DNA of 10,010 nucleotides, taken from the IMG/VR virus record IMGVR_UViG_2721755647_000001; one strand, written 5' to 3'. Origin of the DNA: a virus (lineage: Monodnaviria > Loebvirae > Hofneiviricota > Faserviricetes > Tubulavirales > Inoviridae). The position numbers and the translations under genes are program-made. Every line of letters begins with the position of its first letter. Position 1 is the first letter of the stretch. The notes under the pieces were generated by a model. The model did not search any database. It was not told the origin of the DNA and saw only the letters and a program-made list of their open reading frames with translations. Positions 7,215 to 10,010 of this stretch are shown piece after piece.

Positions 7215-7247
7215 GGTGCGCATAATGTACGACTCGTTATGTTGAAA
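7215..7247 (+). other. dif-like XerC/XerD recombination site, candidate attP of an integrative element exploiting Xer: perfect XerC arm GGTGCGCATAA, then TGTA, an atypical spacer, and a XerD-arm-like TTATGTTGAAA
   Basis: The first 15 nt (GGTGCGCATAATGTA) equal E. coli dif (GGTGCGCATAA-TGTATA-TTATGTTAAAT); the XerD-like arm matches 9 of 11 but is displaced 5 bp, giving an 11-bp rather than 6-bp central region. Confidence 0.55.
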
Positions 7248-7248
7248 A

Positions 7249-7285
7249 GGCCGCTGCGAAAATCGTATCCCGCAGCGGCCTCTTT
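7249..7285. terminator. Bidirectional rho-independent terminator (GGCCGCTGCG-12nt-CGCAGCGGCC) flanked by A-run and T-run, between the convergent cargo modules
   Basis: 10-bp GC-rich perfect stem; TCTTT downstream on +, TTTTC downstream on -; sits between the + ORF ending at 7176 and the - ORF ending at 7312. Confidence 0.7.
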
Positions 7286-7311
7286 AGCATAACGTCATTG
7301 TGCGAACCAAT

Positions 7312-7791
7312 TTATATAGAAATGAAAAACTCCTCTTCATTCCTTTTTTTATAATTGTCATCCCATATAAGTTTTATTCGGTATTTAGTTTTACTTCCAA
7401 AGCTTAGTCCCGCTAAAATTTCAATCCCATGTTGCGGGTGTAATACTTCATATGGAAATTTATCTTCTACATCATGCATGTAAAGATATTCATTGCCATC
7501 GTTATCAGGGAAATGAATTTCTATATTTTTAGCCTCAACTTTCCCTCTATTAAATATCTTGAGTCTATAGTTGTTTTTGGCTATTTTTACGAGGCGGGCA
7601 CCAAGCTCAGCCTTCATCTCATTAATTGCTGACTTTGTTTCTTTTTCTAGAAGCAACTTACGTAACCTGTCTTGCTCATCCTTTATAACCTTTTGTTCTC
7701 TATCACTTTTTCTCGACTTCACTTCTGATGATATGATAGTGTAAATCGATACTACAAGCGCAGCTAAAGCGATGGCATCACTCGTTGTCAT
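7312..7791 (-). CDS. Hypothetical membrane-anchored protein (159 aa): N-terminal TM helix, charged coiled-coil-like segment, C-terminal globular domain
   Basis: Start overlaps the stop of the upstream Zn-ribbon gene (TAATG), RBS AAGGA; hydrophobic AIALAALVVSIYTIISS then KSRKSDREQKVIKDEQDRLRKLLLEKE; about 30% GC by eye. Confidence 0.6.
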   Translation of the reverse strand: MTTSDAIALAALVVSIYTIISSEVKSRKSDREQKVIKDEQDRLRKLLLEKETKSAINEMKAELGARLVKIAKNNYRLKIFNRGKVEAKNIEIHFPDNDGNEYLYMHDVEDKFPYEVLHPQHGIEILAGLSFGSKTKYRIKLIWDDNYKKRNEEEFFISI

Positions 7792-8066
7792 TATTTAATC
7801 CTTATATTTTTACTTCCTTTAAATGCCTTTTTGAGCATATCATTAAACTGTTTTTGAATATCTTTTGTTAACTCTTCTTTTATCTCATCCACATGGGCGT
7901 CAATACTCACCCCGTTTTCTTGGATTAAATCATCATTAGTGAATTCTTTCCCGCAGCCTACACATCTGACGACTTCAGACTCTTCCTCGTGTTCCATCTC
8001 TGTATTTCCGCACACAGGACATAGCAGGGTGATATTTCTATTGTATTTCTCAGGATTCAGTTTCAT
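7791..8066 (-). CDS. Hypothetical Zn-ribbon protein (91 aa; CPVCG-x15-CVGCG) with an acidic/basic helical tail
   Basis: Good RBS GAGAGGAA; classic C-x2-C-x15-C-x2-C; translationally coupled to the downstream membrane-protein gene. Confidence 0.6.
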   Translation of the reverse strand: MKLNPEKYNRNITLLCPVCGNTEMEHEEESEVVRCVGCGKEFTNDDLIQENGVSIDAHVDEIKEELTKDIQKQFNDMLKKAFKGSKNIRIK

Positions 8067-8094
8067 ATATTTCCTCTCTTCTACGTTTTATTGA

Positions 8095-8517
8095 TTACCA
8101 GTAATATGAATTTCTTCTGTGCCACCAATAAAGCAGCCCGTATCCGATGATAAGAATTCCGAAAAACATCAACGACATTCCCCAGCCAGTTCCATACCAC
8201 GAAACCATATCATCGAAAACCAATCCACCCGTTTCACGTACTCCGGCAGCTTCCTTAAGGATTGGTTTGAATACCGGAATCAGAAGGGCAATCGCCAGTG
8301 GAGCACCCCAGCGAACAAGACCTGTTTCCATTTTGATCCCGAAAAAGATCCCCGCCCCGACAACAAGCAGCCAGACTATCAGGCCAGGCGCAGTTTCCAG
8401 TGCTGTTTGCCATTCAACATCGAAAGTTTTCATTAGCCAGGCAACAACTGCCAGACAGAAAGCAAATACGCCGACGACAACCAGTTCAACGCCGCTTGTT
8501 TCGTTGTTTCTACTCAT
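8095..8517 (-). CDS. Hypothetical integral membrane protein (140 aa, about 4 predicted TM helices)
   Basis: Four hydrophobic stretches of about 20 aa; Trp/Tyr-rich C-terminus; the antisense + ORFs are low-complexity artefacts; about 48% GC by eye, unlike its neighbours. Confidence 0.6.
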   Translation of the reverse strand: MSRNNETSGVELVVVGVFAFCLAVVAWLMKTFDVEWQTALETAPGLIVWLLVVGAGIFFGIKMETGLVRWGAPLAIALLIPVFKPILKEAAGVRETGGLVFDDMVSWYGTGWGMSLMFFGILIIGYGLLYWWHRRNSYYW

Positions 8518-8559
8518 CCTTTTGATCCTTTTTCACTGTTCAAAATTCGCACAATAAAG

Positions 8560-8605
8560 AACGTGCAGTGTTGGTAATACTGCACGTTTGTACCATTCGT
8601 GGTAC
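8560..8605 (-). terminator. Twin stem-loops, copy 2 (same as 216-261)
   Basis: Same sequence at +8344 offset; lies between the RHH gene and the 140-aa membrane-protein gene on the - strand. Confidence 0.4.
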
Positions 8606-8788
8606 TTAATCCTTTTGTTTGGCAGACATGAGATCTTCTGCTGCATCTTTAGAGTAGTTATCAATCAGATAACCTAAAATCTCTGTCCATGTAATTGTTT
8701 TTCCTAGTTTTACACTGGCATTTATAGCCAGTCGTTCTAGTTTCATTTTTCTTTCTTCCGTCACGTTATAAGTCGTGCGCTTTGCCAT
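8606..8788 (-). CDS. Ribbon-helix-helix putative repressor, copy 2
   Basis: Same 60-aa product as 262..444. Confidence 0.5.
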   Translation of the reverse strand: MAKRTTYNVTEERKMKLERLAINASVKLGKTITWTEILGYLIDNYSKDAAEDLMSAKQKD

Positions 8789-8915
8789 TTTTTACGCTCG
8801 TTCAATGCAATATTTGAAGTGAGTATACATGCTCATGAACTCATATCATCCAAGCCTCTTGAACTCACTAGCTCACTGATGTAATGTTAAAACACTAATG
8901 AACTACTGAACTCAT
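8789..8915. promoter_or_regulatory. Divergent control region with TGAACTCA repeats, copy 2
   Basis: Same as 445-571. Confidence 0.4.
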
Positions 8916-8957
8916 GTGTTAGTAAGTCGTCATTTTTGCAATTTTGAGGATTTATTC

Positions 8958-10010
8958 GTGATCGATTGGCTTACCGGGATTTTCCCTTGCACACACAAAC
9001 CGCTTCCGGCGGGGAGTGTTGTCAGCGTTGATGCTGACGGTGCAATTGAGTGGGAAACCGTTAAGCGACTGACTGTTCGCGGCTCGCATGAAGCAACGAT
9101 GAAAGTACGATCGATAGGATCTAATGGCGAAGGTAAAGCGACACATTTGTACATTGATGGTAATCCGTCCAAGTTTTTGCAGGGGCATTCTGTTGTTGGG
9201 TCGGATGATATACAAGGGCTCATGTTGACGGTCTATGCCAGGATTTTATCCTTATTGAATATTCCTCATGATTTAGCGTCTTATAAAGCTGTTATAGCAG
9301 GTCAGTATAAAATTTCACGTGTTGACATTAATTACATGTATTCATTATCTACGCTAGAAAATGTCAGATCATGGCTTTATGCCGCCGAATTTAAAGCTAA
9401 AACACGCCATGGTCGCGCATGTGGGAAAGGCGGTACAGTTTATTTAGGTAAAAACTCCCGTCGATGGAGTCTGAAATTTTATTCAAAATATGATGAACAC
9501 GTTTCGGGTAAAAAAGGGCACCAGATAGCCGAAGATTTTGTACGAGCCGGGTTACTGGACTGGACGAAAGATAAATTACGTATTGAATTAACATTAAGAA
9601 CAACTGAGCTTATTGATTTAAATTTAACGCTTGGCGCTAACTGGAATATGAAAACACCACGTCAATTATTCTCTGAATATGTAGGGAGAATAGAAATGAA
9701 TCAGAATGCTATTTTAAGTGATGAAAAAATAACGAAACTGCCAAGAAAAATACAGTCAACTTATTTACTTTGGAAACAAGGGGCTAACATGAAAGAAATG
9801 TTACCTCATAACACTTTTTATCGCCATAGAAGAGAATTGCTTTCGTTCGGTATCGATATTAATTTCTATTGTGATTCACCAGACTCTAATAACGTTGTTC
9901 CGCTAATAAGAACGCTGGAAGCCAAGCCAGTGGAAATCCCCTTATGGATTTATGAGAAAGGTTTTATTTTCGATTACAACCGTATTTCGCACGCCAGTAG
10001 CTGGCATTAA
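8958..10010 (+). CDS. gII: Gene II replication initiation protein, copy 2 (ORF track starts at 8916)
   Basis: Same product as the first-copy gII. Confidence 0.8.
   Translation: MIDWLTGIFPCTHKPLPAGSVVSVDADGAIEWETVKRLTVRGSHEATMKVRSIGSNGEGKATHLYIDGNPSKFLQGHSVVGSDDIQGLMLTVYARILSLLNIPHDLASYKAVIAGQYKISRVDINYMYSLSTLENVRSWLYAAEFKAKTRHGRACGKGGTVYLGKNSRRWSLKFYSKYDEHVSGKKGHQIAEDFVRAGLLDWTKDKLRIELTLRTTELIDLNLTLGANWNMKTPRQLFSEYVGRIEMNQNAILSDEKITKLPRKIQSTYLLWKQGANMKEMLPHNTFYRHRRELLSFGIDINFYCDSPDSNNVVPLIRTLEAKPVEIPLWIYEKGFIFDYNRISHASSWH
9696..10010 (+). CDS. gX: Gene X in-frame restart, copy 2
   Basis: Same as 1352..1666. Confidence 0.45.
   Translation: MNQNAILSDEKITKLPRKIQSTYLLWKQGANMKEMLPHNTFYRHRRELLSFGIDINFYCDSPDSNNVVPLIRTLEAKPVEIPLWIYEKGFIFDYNRISHASSWH

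Larger units (their letters stand above)
215..8558 (+). mobile_element. One complete unit (8344-bp period) of an IKe-like Ff-type filamentous phage genome, including about 2.1 kb of accessory cargo
   Basis: Full Ff gene order gII-gV-gVII-gIX-gVIII-gIII-gVI-gI-gIV on one strand; the pI, pIV, pVI and pVIII products match recalled M13/IKe proteins; the sequence from 215 recurs from 8559. Confidence 0.8.
8559..10010. repeat. Direct repeat copy 2 (matches 215-1666)
   Basis: Same as copy 1; the window ends exactly at the gII stop codon TAA (10008-10010). Confidence 0.9.

Noticed and set aside
8119-8557. + strand ORFs of 105 and 136 aa antisense to the 140-aa membrane-protein gene
   Set aside because: Their products are Pro/Ser/Thr/Arg-rich and low-complexity, typical of antisense frames; the - strand product has well-formed TM helices and an RBS.
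1-10010. Explaining the terminal repeat as a simple wrap-around of one circular genome
   Set aside because: Positions 1-214 do not match 8345-8558, so the window is not a clean circular permutation of a single 8344-bp circle.
1-10010. CRISPR arrays, tRNA or rRNA genes
   Set aside because: No spaced direct-repeat arrays and no cloverleaf-like or rRNA-like segments were seen; the only tandem repeats are the coding Gly-linker repeats in gIII.

Overview
The window holds slightly more than one unit of an Ff-type filamentous phage (Inoviridae) genome, most similar from memory to the IKe / N-pilus group. All calls rest on reading the sequence and recalled M13/IKe protein sequences; no searches were run. 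The full Ff gene order is present on the + strand: gII (with nested gX), gV, gVII, gIX, gVIII, gIII, gVI, gI (with nested gXI) and gIV, at 572-6447. A 13-bp-stem hairpin directly after gIV looks like the packaging signal. Between that hairpin and the replication region lies about 2.1 kb of accessory cargo (6491-8558) that Ff phages do not normally carry. It contains two + strand small genes (102 aa, and a 77-aa Zn-ribbon protein), a dif-like Xer site with a perfect E. coli XerC arm, a bidirectional terminator, and a three-gene - strand operon (140-aa 4-TM protein, 91-aa Zn-ribbon protein, 159-aa membrane-anchored protein). A CopG/Arc-like ribbon-helix-helix gene sits divergent from gII across an intergenic region with four TGAACTCA-type repeats. 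Positions 215-1666 recur at 8559-10010 (period 8344 bp), but 1-214 does not match 8345-8558, so this is not a simple circular wrap-around; it looks like a tandem or mosaic junction with a different cargo gene behind a homologous leader. The - strand operon and the dif-like site are the best candidates for an undescribed accessory system; their function cannot be assigned from sequence alone.
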